Assembly: GCA_002753505.1 (NCBI GenBank)
Contig: PEAG01000004.1
Span: forward strand, 47,785 to 111,784
Direction of reading: 5' to 3'
Source: Magnetococcales bacterium HCHbin5
GTDB lineage: Bacteria > Pseudomonadota > Magnetococcia > Magnetococcales > Magnetaquicoccaceae
DNA: 64,000 nucleotides
Shown: in pieces, positions 35,116 to 45,134 of the stretch
Layout: each line of letters starts with the position of its first letter
Numbering within the stretch: the stretch's first letter is position 1
Made by a program: the position numbers and the translations under genes
The notes under the pieces: generated by a model
What the model was told of the DNA's origin: nothing
The model's input: only the letters and a program-made list of their open reading frames with translations
Database searches by the model: none

Positions 35116-36402
35116 TCAGCCTGCCAGCAGTTGGCCCTCCACGCATGATTTCAAATCTTCCGTCAGTTGCCTGCCGGTTTGGTAGCGTTGGGAGAGCTTT
35201 TTTTGCAGTGCCTTTTTGATGATGGCGTGCAGGCAGTGGGGCAGATCTGGTCGCAACAGCGCAAGATCCACCGGGGGGTCATGGGTAATCTGGGTCAGCA
35301 GGGTCTCCATCTCCTGCGCCGGAAAGGGTAACGATCCGGCGAGCAACTGATAGAAAAGGACACCCAAAGAGAACAGATCCGAACGGCCATCCAGGTTTCT
35401 GCCCAACAACTGTTCGGGGGACATGTAGTAAGGGGTACCGACCACCCGGCGACTCTTTCCTGCCTGTGCCGTTTCGCTTTCCAGGTTTACCTCCTGTGCA
35501 GTGCAAAAGTCCATCAGCTTGATTTGGCCCGTTGCCGGGTCAAACAGGATATTGGCCGGCTTGATGTCGCGGTGGACCACCTGATTTTTATGGGCATAAT
35601 CCAGTGCCATGGCCACCTTGCCCACAATCAGGATCACCCAGGAGAGTGGCAACAACTGGCCCCCATCGGTCGTGCGGGTATAACGTTCCAGGGAGTGTCC
35701 GGTCAACCGTTCCATGACCACATAGGCGGCCTCGGCCGTCTCTCCCTGGTCATGAATGCAAACAATGTTGGGGTGATGGAGCCGTTCGGCAATGCGGGCT
35801 CCCCGCAAAAACCGTTTTTTTTCCGCATCCGACGGGTTGCTGCCATGCTGCAACTGCGGAGAGATGACCTTCAAGGCCACCTCCTGGTTCGTGCGGGTAT
35901 CCCGTCCCAGATAGACTTTTCCCGTGGCCCCTTCACCCAAGGTTTCCCCAAGCTGATAGGGGCCGATACAGGTTGCCGCAGGCTTCGCGCCGGGGGGGAT
36001 GGCCAGCCACAGCCCATAACCCAGGAGCAAAAACAGCAGAGGGCCCATCAATGGCCAGCGAATGCCAAAGAAAAGGATCAGTGCGAAATAGAGTAGCAAA
36101 ACAGCTCCCCCCAATAGTATGGTACGGGCAGTGCCTGCCGGACGGGAGAGGTTTGGCAACAAACGGCTCAGAAACAGATAAATGCCGCCATACAACCCCC
36201 ATTGCAGCGGCAACCAATAGAGATAACTGGCGTGTAAATTGCTTGAATCCAGAAACAGCTCATACAGGTGGATAAACAGCCTATAAGCCTGTTGTTCCAG
36301 GGATTGCAACGAGAGGATTTGCTCACCGACCAGTAACGGCAGCAACAGCAACAGACTGCCAAAGCCATGACGGCCCATCCATTTTGTCGTTCGGCCGAAC
36401 AT
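35116..36402 (-). CDS. membrane-anchored Hanks-type Ser/Thr protein kinase
   Basis: About 150-aa multi-TM N-terminus, then GEGATGKVYLGRD, ALKVI, HRDIKPANILF, DFC(DFG-like)TA and GTPYYMSPEQ. Confidence 0.85.
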   Translation of the reverse strand: MFGRTTKWMGRHGFGSLLLLLPLLVGEQILSLQSLEQQAYRLFIHLYELFLDSSNLHASYLYWLPLQWGLYGGIYLFLSRLLPNLSRPAGTARTILLGGAVLLLYFALILFFGIRWPLMGPLLFLLLGYGLWLAIPPGAKPAATCIGPYQLGETLGEGATGKVYLGRDTRTNQEVALKVISPQLQHGSNPSDAEKKRFLRGARIAERLHHPNIVCIHDQGETAEAAYVVMERLTGHSLERYTRTTDGGQLLPLSWVILIVGKVAMALDYAHKNQVVHRDIKPANILFDPATGQIKLMDFCTAQEVNLESETAQAGKSRRVVGTPYYMSPEQLLGRNLDGRSDLFSLGVLFYQLLAGSLPFPAQEMETLLTQITHDPPVDLALLRPDLPHCLHAIIKKALQKKLSQRYQTGRQLTEDLKSCVEGQLLAG

Positions 36403-36518
36403 CAGATAACCACCGTCAGCGAACGGGGTTGTTGTGGATACAGCAGGAACAGCAATTGGGCTTCGTGGTCTCTGTCATTCATGTTTTGTCAGATCTCCAG
36501 TGGAGGGAACGCGGTAGT

Positions 36519-37277
36519 ATGAGTACGCAAAATTCAAGCCATCTCTCGCGGGACTGGTTTCAGACGGTGAAGGGTCATTTAATGTATATATTTTTGTTGT
36601 TATTGGCATTTTTCTGTACTCTCCCGATCTGTTGGAAAGAGGTTCATGGTGCAGAGAGTCGGGGTGTGGAGTCGGTTCCGGTGGCAGAGTTCTCGACTGC
36701 GGCTGCGCTGCCGTCGTTTGCAGAGCAGGGGGATCCGGCCTCATTGATGGCACTGGGCCGTTTGTATGAGCAGGGGGAGAGTGTACCGCAGGATTACAGT
36801 TCGGCAGCGATTTGGTATCACAAAGCGGCTTTGCAGGGGTTGGCCGAGGCTCAGGCCCGGTTGGGTATTCTATATCGGCGTGGCAAGGGTGTGCCGCAAA
36901 ATGACCGGGAGGCGGCTTACTGGTTGCGCAAGGCGGCGGAGCAGGGGGTTGCCAGTGCCCAGAGCAATTTGGGTTACATGTGTCGTTATGGCAAGGGGAT
37001 GCCCGTGGACGACAGGGCTGCGCTGCAGTGGTTTCGTCTGGCGGCCGAGCAGGGGGACAGCAATGCCCAGCACAATTTGGGTGCCATGTATGCCAACGGC
37101 CAGGGGACGCCACAGGAGTATGTCACGGCACACATGTGGCTCAATCTGGCGGCAGCCAACGGCAATGACATTGCCGTGCAAAGTTTGGCATTCTTGGAAA
37201 AGCGCATGACCCCCTCGCAGGTTGAGCAGGCACAACACCTGGCCCAGGAGTGGGTGGTCAGACACGCGGGCCGCTAG
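36519..37277 (+). CDS. Sel1/TPR-like repeat protein, secreted
   Basis: Signal/anchor (YIFLLLLAFFCTLPI) and five or more Sel1 repeats (A..WY.KAA.QG...AQ..LG.MY..G.GVPQD). Confidence 0.8.
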   Translation: MSTQNSSHLSRDWFQTVKGHLMYIFLLLLAFFCTLPICWKEVHGAESRGVESVPVAEFSTAAALPSFAEQGDPASLMALGRLYEQGESVPQDYSSAAIWYHKAALQGLAEAQARLGILYRRGKGVPQNDREAAYWLRKAAEQGVASAQSNLGYMCRYGKGMPVDDRAALQWFRLAAEQGDSNAQHNLGAMYANGQGTPQEYVTAHMWLNLAAANGNDIAVQSLAFLEKRMTPSQVEQAQHLAQEWVVRHAGR

Positions 37278-37356
37278 TGGTGCAGGGGGCGGGATCCCCG
37301 GTTACCACCAGCCTGTTTGCCGTTTGCAACCTCTGCCAACGGCAAACAGGCCAGGC

Positions 37357-37707
37357 TCAGGCGGCCTGAATGGCCATCTGCAGCATCTCTTGCAATCGTT
37401 CCCTGGAACCAATGCCTGTCTCTTTGAGCATTCGGATCCCTCTCTTGTAGACCATGACCGTCGGAATGGTATGGACGCCGTATTCGGTTGCCAGATGAGA
37501 ATATTTTCTGGCATCCACCAGCACTACATCGATCTGGTGGCGGTAGGTGTCGGCAAACCAAGGCAAATGCTGACGCAATTTGCTGCAAACATAACAGCCT
37601 GCACCGGAAAAAATCAAAAAGACCAACTTGTCATGGGCGGTATTTTGCAAAATTCGCTGCAGCAGATCAGCCGGAGACCGTCGTCGAGAAGAGGATGATG
37701 ATAGCAT
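37357..37707 (-). CDS. thioredoxin-fold protein (CYVC active site)
   Basis: LVFLIFSGAGCYVCSKL...VHTIPTVMVYKRG. Start chosen at MLSSSS (37707). The longer ORF has no support. Confidence 0.6.
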   Translation of the reverse strand: MLSSSSSRRRSPADLLQRILQNTAHDKLVFLIFSGAGCYVCSKLRQHLPWFADTYRHQIDVVLVDARKYSHLATEYGVHTIPTVMVYKRGIRMLKETGIGSRERLQEMLQMAIQAA

Positions 37708-37856
37708 TTTCCCGCTCCAGCTTGGGACTGTTGTCACATACATACCCGACATGAGAGGTCTGCGAACATACCCGGGACAGTAAAAAAAGAGCCGGTTGAT
37801 CCTGAAAAACATAAAAACATGGACCGGACACGACACAGCCGTACAACAAGGGATCC

Positions 37857-38942
37857 CTATTCCGTGATGATGGTTGGGAACTGTTTGGCCTCAAACTGTC
37901 TGGTAGCCACCTGAGCCGCCACCTTGGCGGCAATTTGCCGATAGACGGCCGTTTGCGGGCTGTCGGGCAGGGCGACCACAATGGGGGTGCCCGCATCGGC
38001 ATTTTCGCAAATGGTGGTGTCCAACGGAATATGGCCGAGAAAATTCATGCCCGCAGCGACCGCCTCCCGCAAAGCCCCCCCATGAGAAAAAATTTCTGAC
38101 CGGTGACCGCAACTGGGACAGAGAAAATAGGACATGTTTTCGATGATGCCCAAAATGGGTACATCCACCTTTTTGAACATGTTGATCCCCTTTTTGACAT
38201 CCGACAGGGCCACATCCTGGGGGGTGGAGACAATAATCACCCCGGTGATCGGCACCTTTTGGGTCAAGGTTAACTGCGCATCTCCTGTGCCCGGCGGCAA
38301 ATCGATCACCAGATAATCCAACTCGCCCCAATCTACATCCCGCAGCAGTTGCTCGACAGCCATTCCAACCATGGGGCCGCGCCAGACGACCGGTGTATCC
38401 TCTTCCATGAAAAATCCCATGGACATCACCTTCATGCCATGGGCAACCGGCGGCAGCAGCTTGCCGGTCTCTTCCGATTGGGCCGGTTTGCCTGCAATAT
38501 TGAGCATGCGGGGCAGGCTGGGACCATATATGTCTGCATCCAGGATGCCCACACTGGCACCGCTTTGTGACAACGCGACAGCCAGGTTGACGGCGGTGGT
38601 CGATTTTCCCACCCCACCTTTGCCGGAAGCCACTGCAATCACATTTTTGACGGCGGGGAGCAGATCCGTCGCCACCTTGTGTTGGGTGGCGCGCACCTGG
38701 GCGGTCAACTGGACCTGAACCTTTGTCACCCCCGGAATGGCCGCAACCACATCGATGGACTGTTGCTTGAGTTGCTCCTTGACCGGACAGGCCGGGGTCG
38801 TCAGCTCAAGGGTGAATGAGACCTCACCGCCCTGGATCTGCATGTTTTTGATAAACCCCAAACTGACTATGTTGCGATGCAGATCCGGATCCATCACCCG
38901 CGTTAATGCTTCCAGAACCTGCTGCTCTTGCACTGAGGACAT
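37857..38942 (-). CDS. apbC: Fe-S cluster carrier ATPase Mrp/ApbC
   Basis: N-terminal DUF59-like region (VLEALTRVMDPDL...TTPACP), deviant Walker A ASGKGGVGKSTTAVNLA, and CPSCGH. The ATG at 38942 has GGGAGA 7 nt upstream. Confidence 0.9.
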   Translation of the reverse strand: MSSVQEQQVLEALTRVMDPDLHRNIVSLGFIKNMQIQGGEVSFTLELTTPACPVKEQLKQQSIDVVAAIPGVTKVQVQLTAQVRATQHKVATDLLPAVKNVIAVASGKGGVGKSTTAVNLAVALSQSGASVGILDADIYGPSLPRMLNIAGKPAQSEETGKLLPPVAHGMKVMSMGFFMEEDTPVVWRGPMVGMAVEQLLRDVDWGELDYLVIDLPPGTGDAQLTLTQKVPITGVIIVSTPQDVALSDVKKGINMFKKVDVPILGIIENMSYFLCPSCGHRSEIFSHGGALREAVAAGMNFLGHIPLDTTICENADAGTPIVVALPDSPQTAVYRQIAAKVAAQVATRQFEAKQFPTIITE

Positions 38943-39231
38943 CAGAATTTCTCCCAAAGAATGTGGGTATACCACCAGCCAACCCCCCTCGGGCTTTGAG
39001 GATAACCTGCATTTTTACCAAGTCAAGGGGCGATCTCCCATCCAGTAAACAGGGTGTTATGCGCTGTTTTTTTTGAAGAGAATGCAAAATTTTCATTGTC
39101 TCTCGTCTCGGGCAGGTGTATGTATCTGGCTTTGCCCGCTGGTTTGCATACCATCCAAGGTGCGACGCTGGCGGGCGATGAGGTGAACGGGTGCTTCGCG
39201 CAATCAACTCAACGATACGGGTGTGACAACC

Positions 39232-39810
39232 ATGACTGATTTTGCTTTAATTTTGATCAGTACCGTTTTTGTCAACAATTTTGTGCTGGTCAAATTTCTC
39301 GGCATCTGCCCCTTTCTGGGCGTTTCCAAAAAGGTGGAGACCTCACTGGGTATGGCCTACGCGGTGGTCTTTGTCATAACCCTGGCGTCGGTGATCTCCT
39401 GGTTGGTGGAACGGTTGATTCTGGTTCCCCTGGATCTTGGCTACATGCGTACCATCTCCTTCATCCTGATCATTGCCGCCCTGGTGCAACTGACGGAGAT
39501 GGTGATCCACAAAACCAGCCCGGTACTCTACTCTTCGCTGGGCATCTTTTTGCCCCTGATTACGACCAACTGCGCCGTATTGGGTGTCGCTCTGCTCAAC
39601 ATACAGAAAGAGCTGAGTTTTATCGATGCGACCCTGTATGGCCTGGGGGCCTCGGTGGGATTTGGCTTGGTTCTGGTGCTGTTTGCCGGCATGCGGGAAC
39701 GGATTGATGTCTCGGATGTACCGGCCTTGATGAAAGGTGCGCCCATCTCTCTGGTGACGGCTGGACTGTTGTCCTTGGCTTTTATGGGTTTTTCCGGGAT
39801 GGTTAAATAG
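39232..39810 (+). CDS. rnfA: Rnf electron-transport complex subunit A
   Basis: [22 protein letters not shown] and ITTNCAVLG motifs. First gene of a six-gene rnfABCDGE row. Confidence 0.9.
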   Translation: MTDFALILISTVFVNNFVLVKFLGICPFLGVSKKVETSLGMAYAVVFVITLASVISWLVERLILVPLDLGYMRTISFILIIAALVQLTEMVIHKTSPVLYSSLGIFLPLITTNCAVLGVALLNIQKELSFIDATLYGLGASVGFGLVLVLFAGMRERIDVSDVPALMKGAPISLVTAGLLSLAFMGFSGMVK

Positions 39811-39842
39811 GATTTTCCCCCGCGATTGTTGAGGAGTACACC

Positions 39843-40397
39843 ATGATTGAGGCAGTTTTGAGCATGAGTGGCATGGCCCTGGCGGCTGGTATCGGCCTGG
39901 GGTTTGCGGCGAAAAAGTTTCATGTCCAGGGGGATCCGTTGGCGGATAAACTGGAGGCGATATTGCCGGCCAGCAACTGCGGCAACTGTGGCTTTCCGGG
40001 CTGCCGCCCCTACGCAGAGGCCCTGGCGGCCTCAGCCGGTGATGGCAGCATCGGTATCAACCTCTGTATCCCGGGGGGGGCGGTCACCATCAAGTCGATC
40101 GCCGACATTCTGGGGGTCGAGCCGGTTGCCGTTGCCAATGATGCTGGTCCCCGGGTGGCCTTCATCGACGAGGTACGCTGCATTGGTTGCACCGCCTGTA
40201 TCAAGGCCTGCCCGGTGGATGCCATCGTCGGGGCAAACAAGCAGTCCCATACCGTGATTGCCAGTTGGTGTACCAGCTGCGAGGCTTGCGTGGAGCCCTG
40301 CCCGGTGGATTGCATCGATATGGTTCCGGTGGCGCAAACCCTGTATGACTGGAAATGGGGTAAGCCGGCCGGGCCCAACGCGCAGAGCATGAATTAG
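39843..40397 (+). CDS. rnfB: Rnf complex subunit B (Fe-S)
   Basis: LPASNCGNCGFPGCRPYAEAL plus two ferredoxin motifs (CIGCTACIKACP, CTSCEACVEPCP). Confidence 0.9.
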   Translation: MIEAVLSMSGMALAAGIGLGFAAKKFHVQGDPLADKLEAILPASNCGNCGFPGCRPYAEALAASAGDGSIGINLCIPGGAVTIKSIADILGVEPVAVANDAGPRVAFIDEVRCIGCTACIKACPVDAIVGANKQSHTVIASWCTSCEACVEPCPVDCIDMVPVAQTLYDWKWGKPAGPNAQSMN

Positions 40398-40509
40398 CAA
40401 ACCGGTTCGCACAGTTTCGTTATATTTATCATCGTTATCACTGCTGGTGTGTCCACTGTATCCGGTGGGACATGCGGGCTACAACGTTCACGAGCGAGGA
40501 GTGTCCAAG

Positions 40510-42192
40510 GTGTTACGGTCATTTCACGGAGGAGTTCACCCCCCGGGACACAAGGGGTTGTCGGAGCATTGTGCCATTGAGGCATTACCCATGCCCAAGC
40601 GGCTGTATGTCCCGTTGCATCAGCATATTGGTCAGCCTTGTGAGCCGTGTGTGGTTGTTGGTCAGAAGGTACTCAAGGGGGAGGAGATTGGTCGGGCGGA
40701 GGGGTTTGTTTCCGCCCCGGTGCATGCCCCCACCTCCGGCACGGTGGTGGCGATCAAGGAGCATACCGCCGGCCATCCCTCCGGTTTGACCCTGTTGTGT
40801 GTGGTCATCGATCCCGACGGCAAGGATCAATGGAGTCCCGCCCTGCAGGGCATTGAAAACCCGTTGTCTGCATCGCCGGCTGCCATTCGGGACAAAATCC
40901 GGGCGGCCGGTGTGGTGGGGCTGGGGGGGGCCACCTTTCCCAGCTTTATCAAAATGTCGCCTCCCCAGGGCAAGCCGGTGGGGCTGTTGTTGATCAACGG
41001 GGTGGAGTGCGAGCCATACCTGACCTGTGACGCCCGTTTGATGGAAGAGCATGCCAGGGAGATCGTGGCCGGCATTGAGATCATGCTCTATGCCCTCCAG
41101 GCCAAGCAGTGCATCATCGGCATCGAAGACAACAAGCCGGGTGCCATCCGTACCATGACCCAGGCGGTCGGGCCGTTTCCCTCCATGCGGGTGCAGTCGT
41201 TGCCCGTCATGTATCCGCAGGGGGGCGAAAAACAGTTGATCGAGGCGGTGACCGGTCGCCAGGTTCCCTCCGGTGGCTTGCCCATTGACTTGGGGATTAT
41301 TGTCCACAATGTGGCGACTGCGCTGGCCATTCGGGATGCGGTTCTTCGGGGGCGTCCCTTGATCTCCCGGGTGGTGACGGTGACGGGAAAAGGGGCGGTC
41401 AAGCCAGCCAATCTGGAGTGTCTGATCGGTACCCCGATTCGGGATCTGGTGGAGTACAGTGGTGGCATGCACCCAGGGGTACGCAAGCTGGTGCTGGGTG
41501 GTCCCATGATGGGTGTGACCATGCAGGATATGGATGTCCCTGTGGTCAAAGGGACTTCCGGCGTGCTGGCGTTGCTCCAGGATGAGATTGCGGATCAACC
41601 GGAACAGGCTTGCATCCGTTGCGGTCATTGCGTTCAGGCCTGTCCCATTCGCCTGGTGCCTTGCGAAATGGCGTGGCAGGCCAAAAACAATCAGATGGAC
41701 GCCATGGCGGATCTGCATCTGTTTGACTGTATCGAGTGCGGCTCCTGTGCCTATGTCTGTCCCTCCCATATTCCCCTGGTACACTATTTCCGTTTTGCCA
41801 AGTTGACCATTCAGGCAGACCGGCGCGCCCAGCAGAGGCTCGAGGTGGACAAGGCCCGTACCAAGGCCAAAGAGTTGCGGGTGCAGCAGGAGAAAGAGGC
41901 CAAGGAACGCCAGAAAGAGGCGATGAAGGCGGCCATGGCTGCCAAGAAAAAGGCAGCGGCTGAGGCTGCGCCGGCGGCTCCCGCTGTCACCTCTGCCCCG
42001 GCCGCTCCTGCGGTTGCCCCGTCGATCGAGGCTACCCCGCCCGTGGAGAGTGCGGCGGGTCAGCCGCCGCAGGCGGATGCGGCCGCCCCGGCTGCAGAGA
42101 GTGAGGCGGAGATCAAGGCGGCCCGGGCCGCGCGCGCCGCTCGGGCTGCTCAGGCCGCCCGGGAAGCCAAGGCGGCCAAACAACAATCATGA
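40510..42192 (+). CDS. rnfC: Rnf complex subunit C with an Ala/Lys/Pro-rich C-terminal tail
   Basis: FHGGVHPPGHK opening, GLGGATFP, two 4Fe-4S motifs (CIRCGHCVQACP, CIECGSCAYVCP). The start is uncertain (GTG 40510 with GAGGAG 8 nt upstream, or 40447 or 40501). Confidence 0.85.
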   Translation: MLRSFHGGVHPPGHKGLSEHCAIEALPMPKRLYVPLHQHIGQPCEPCVVVGQKVLKGEEIGRAEGFVSAPVHAPTSGTVVAIKEHTAGHPSGLTLLCVVIDPDGKDQWSPALQGIENPLSASPAAIRDKIRAAGVVGLGGATFPSFIKMSPPQGKPVGLLLINGVECEPYLTCDARLMEEHAREIVAGIEIMLYALQAKQCIIGIEDNKPGAIRTMTQAVGPFPSMRVQSLPVMYPQGGEKQLIEAVTGRQVPSGGLPIDLGIIVHNVATALAIRDAVLRGRPLISRVVTVTGKGAVKPANLECLIGTPIRDLVEYSGGMHPGVRKLVLGGPMMGVTMQDMDVPVVKGTSGVLALLQDEIADQPEQACIRCGHCVQACPIRLVPCEMAWQAKNNQMDAMADLHLFDCIECGSCAYVCPSHIPLVHYFRFAKLTIQADRRAQQRLEVDKARTKAKELRVQQEKEAKERQKEAMKAAMAAKKKAAAEAAPAAPAVTSAPAAPAVAPSIEATPPVESAAGQPPQADAAAPAAESEAEIKAARAARAARAAQAAREAKAAKQQS

Positions 42193-42256
42193 GACGTCGA
42201 GGGGCGGGAATATTATGTTGTCTGAAGCTGTGTTACAGGGAGGCTAGTCAAATGCC

Positions 42257-43327
42257 ATGAGTCAAACCAATCTGCTCCTTAGCTCTTCTCCCCATGTCCA
42301 TGGTGGCGATTCTGTCTCCAGGGTCATGCAGACAGTGATTTGGGCACTGATGCCAGCAACGGCCATGGCTGTTATGGTGTTTGGTTGGCCTGCATTGCTG
42401 GTCATTCTGATCACGGTTGCCTCGTGCGTGGTGACCGAGTCGCTCTTTGTCAAGTTGCGTCGTCGTCCTTCCACTTTGGGGGACCGTTCGGCGGCGTTGA
42501 CCGGCCTGTTGCTGGCGTTGACCTTGCCGCCTCATACCCCGTGGTGGGTGTGTGTTTCGGGTGGGGTGTTTGCCATTCTGGTGGCCAAGCAGGTCTATGG
42601 GGGGTTGGGGTTTAACATGTTCAACCCCGCTTTGGCTGCGCGGGTTTTTCTGCTGATCTCTTTTCCGGTCCAATTGACGGCCTGGCCGGTTGTCAACCCG
42701 CTTTTTGGTGAGCATGCCTACTCCTTGTCTGATTCCATTGCCATTATCATGACGGGTCATCAGGGTGGGGCGGAGTTGGTGGATGCGGTGACGGCGGCGA
42801 CGCCTCTGGGTCAGTATCGCACCGAGACCGGTTTGGGAAAAACGGTGCAAGAGGCTCTGGGTGGCCAGTTTGGTTTTGATGAGTTGCAGGCGGCCGGCGG
42901 ATTGGTGGGGGGCTCTTTGGGGGAGACTTCGGCCCTGCTGCTGTTGGCGGGTGGTCTCTATATGCTCCGGAAAAAGCTGATCACGTGGCATATTCCGGTC
43001 ACCATGTTGGTGGGCTGTTTGTTGCCGGCGACCTTTTTTTGGGTCTATGACTCTGCCCATTATCCGGATCCGATTTTTCATCTGGTGACGGGAGGCTTGG
43101 TCATTGGGGCTTTTTTTATGGCGACGGATATGGTTACCTCTCCCGTCTCGATCAAGGGGCAGGTTATCTTTGGTCTGGGTTGTGGGTTGTTGACCTTCCT
43201 GATTCGTACCTGGAGCGGCTACCCTGAAGGGGTCTCGTTTGCCGTGCTTCTCATGAATGCCGTTGTCCCGCTGATCGACCAGTACACTCGGCCAGCCATT
43301 TATGGCCAACAATCTATAAAAAGTTAG
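42257..43327 (+). CDS. rnfD: Rnf complex subunit D
   Basis: SSSPHVHGGDSVSRVMQTVIWALMPA opening, polytopic membrane protein, FFMATDMVTSP (FMN attachment region). Confidence 0.9.
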   Translation: MSQTNLLLSSSPHVHGGDSVSRVMQTVIWALMPATAMAVMVFGWPALLVILITVASCVVTESLFVKLRRRPSTLGDRSAALTGLLLALTLPPHTPWWVCVSGGVFAILVAKQVYGGLGFNMFNPALAARVFLLISFPVQLTAWPVVNPLFGEHAYSLSDSIAIIMTGHQGGAELVDAVTAATPLGQYRTETGLGKTVQEALGGQFGFDELQAAGGLVGGSLGETSALLLLAGGLYMLRKKLITWHIPVTMLVGCLLPATFFWVYDSAHYPDPIFHLVTGGLVIGAFFMATDMVTSPVSIKGQVIFGLGCGLLTFLIRTWSGYPEGVSFAVLLMNAVVPLIDQYTRPAIYGQQSIKS

Positions 43328-43369
43328 TCGTGCATGATTTTGGCGATCAGCGGATAGAGGAGTCCAGCA

Positions 43370-43981
43370 ATGCCGGATTTTTTAAAAATGGGGATAGTCC
43401 TGATGTTGGTTGGCATGGTGGCCACCGCCGTCCTCGCCATGACGGAGTCGGCGACCCGTGCGCCCATCGCTGAGGCGAAGCGGCAGGAGACCTTGCGCAT
43501 TTTGAAAAGTGTGCTGCCGGAAGGGTTTGATAACGAGCCGGATGTGGATACGGTCACTTTTGCAGACAAGCGGTTGAATCGGCGGGAAAAGCCGGTCACT
43601 TTTTACCGGGGCCGCAAGGGGGCGACCAATTTAGGGGTGGCTTTTGTTGTGACGGCACCGGATGGATATTCGGGTGATATTGAACTGATGATGTCTGTCA
43701 ATCCGGATGGTTCCATCAACCTGGTTCAGGTTGTCTCCCACGCCGAGACGCCGGGTCTGGGGGACAAGATAGTCAAGACCGACTGGCCGCTGGCTTTCAA
43801 GGGAAAAACCCAGGAAAATGTCAAGTGGGGGGTCAAGAAGGATGGGGGTGACTTTGACCAGTTTGCCGGGGCCACCATCACGCCGCGTGCGGTGGTTGCG
43901 GCTGTGAAGCGGGGGCTGGATTTTTTTGTTGAGAAAAAAGAGGCCATCTTTCAACCTGCCACAGGGGAGAAAAAGCCGTGA
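43370..43981 (+). CDS. rnfG: Rnf complex subunit G (FMN-binding)
   Basis: N-terminal anchor and the FAGATITPRAVV (SGAT-type FMN site) motif. Confidence 0.85.
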   Translation: MPDFLKMGIVLMLVGMVATAVLAMTESATRAPIAEAKRQETLRILKSVLPEGFDNEPDVDTVTFADKRLNRREKPVTFYRGRKGATNLGVAFVVTAPDGYSGDIELMMSVNPDGSINLVQVVSHAETPGLGDKIVKTDWPLAFKGKTQENVKWGVKKDGGDFDQFAGATITPRAVVAAVKRGLDFFVEKKEAIFQPATGEKKP

Positions 43982-44589
43982 GCGAGCTGACAAGCAGGGA
44001 AATTGTCGTCAATGGATTTTGGCACAACAATGGCATTTTTGTGCAGTTGTTGGGCATGTGTCCCACCCTGGCGGTGACCACTTCGGCTGAGAATGGGGTG
44101 GGTATGGGGTTGGCAACCATGTTTGTACTTATGGGTTCCAATATGGTGGTTTCCATGATACGCAGCATTATCCCTTCCGATGTGCGTATTCCGGCTTACA
44201 TTATTGTGATTGCGGCCTTCGTCACGATCATTGACCTGAGCATGAATGCTTATGTACACGATTTGCACAAGGTATTGGGTATTTTTATCCCGTTGATCGT
44301 TGTCAACTGCATCATTCTGGGGCGTGCGGAGTCTTTTGCATCCAAAAATTCTGTGTTCAAGGCAGCTCTGGATGGTATTTTTACCGGTTTGGGGTTCACG
44401 TTTGCCTTGTTTGTGTTGGGCAGTGTGCGGGAGTTGCTGGGGGCGGGAACATGGTTTGAGATGCCGGTGCTTGGCAGCAGTTTTCATCCTTCTCTCGTGT
44501 TTGTGTTGCCTCCTGGTGCCTTTATCGCCCTTGGATTCATTCTGGTGGGTGTGCGTTGGTTCAACCAGAGGGGGGATTCAGCCTCTTGA
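43978..44589 (+). CDS. rnfE: Rnf complex subunit E
   Basis: GTG start overlapping the rnfG stop (GTGA). NNGIFVQLLGMCPTLAVTTSAENG and LIVVNCIILGRAE motifs. Confidence 0.9.
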   Translation: MSELTSREIVVNGFWHNNGIFVQLLGMCPTLAVTTSAENGVGMGLATMFVLMGSNMVVSMIRSIIPSDVRIPAYIIVIAAFVTIIDLSMNAYVHDLHKVLGIFIPLIVVNCIILGRAESFASKNSVFKAALDGIFTGLGFTFALFVLGSVRELLGAGTWFEMPVLGSSFHPSLVFVLPPGAFIALGFILVGVRWFNQRGDSAS

Positions 44590-44638
44590 TGTTGATCGGT
44601 TGTGCAGGCTGGTTTGTTTTGAGTGGATGACGAGAAGA

Positions 44639-44665
44639 CCGCCCGGCATGGGCGGTTTTCTCGTT
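44639..44665 (+). terminator. rho-independent terminator after rnfE
   Basis: CCGCCC-ggcat-GGGCGG hairpin followed by TTTTCTCGTTT. Confidence 0.6.
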
Positions 44666-44697
44666 TGGGAGAGGGCAGGGTATTGATGAACGCTTGG

Positions 44698-45102
44698 TTA
44701 TTCGGCTTTGCCCGACTCGGCTTGCCGCAACGCAATCATGCTTTGAATCAACCGATTGGAACGGTTGGCCATACGGAGTAAAATCTGCAGCAGCAGGGCG
44801 GGGTCGTCGCTGGCCCATTGGAAAAAGCCCTGTTGATCGACTGTCAGGAGTCTGCACTCTTCCAGGGCGCGGGCGGTCAAGATGCGCGGTGTATTGCCAA
44901 ACAGGGAGGTGGTACCGAACACGTCATCCTTTTCCAATGTTTCCAGACTGAGCCAGCAGGCCCCTTCCGTTTCGGCCACCATCTCCACCTTGCCTTGCAG
45001 GATGACATAGAAGCAATCGGCAGAGTCGCCCTGGCGAAAAATGGTTTCACCTGTTGCGTAGTGTCTGCCCAGTTCATGGACTGGGTGTGATCGGAATAGC
45101 AT
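44698..45102 (-). CDS. stand-alone cyclic-nucleotide-binding domain protein
   Basis: 134 aa. GETIFRQGDSADCFYVILQGKVEM...VFGTTSLFGNTPRILTARA is the cNMP-binding beta-roll with a phosphate-binding-cassette-like FG...R.A. Confidence 0.8.
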   Translation of the reverse strand: MLFRSHPVHELGRHYATGETIFRQGDSADCFYVILQGKVEMVAETEGACWLSLETLEKDDVFGTTSLFGNTPRILTARALEECRLLTVDQQGFFQWASDDPALLLQILLRMANRSNRLIQSMIALRQAESGKAE

Positions 45103-45134
45103 GGGGTCAGACTCCTTGTTGATTGCCTTTTTGT

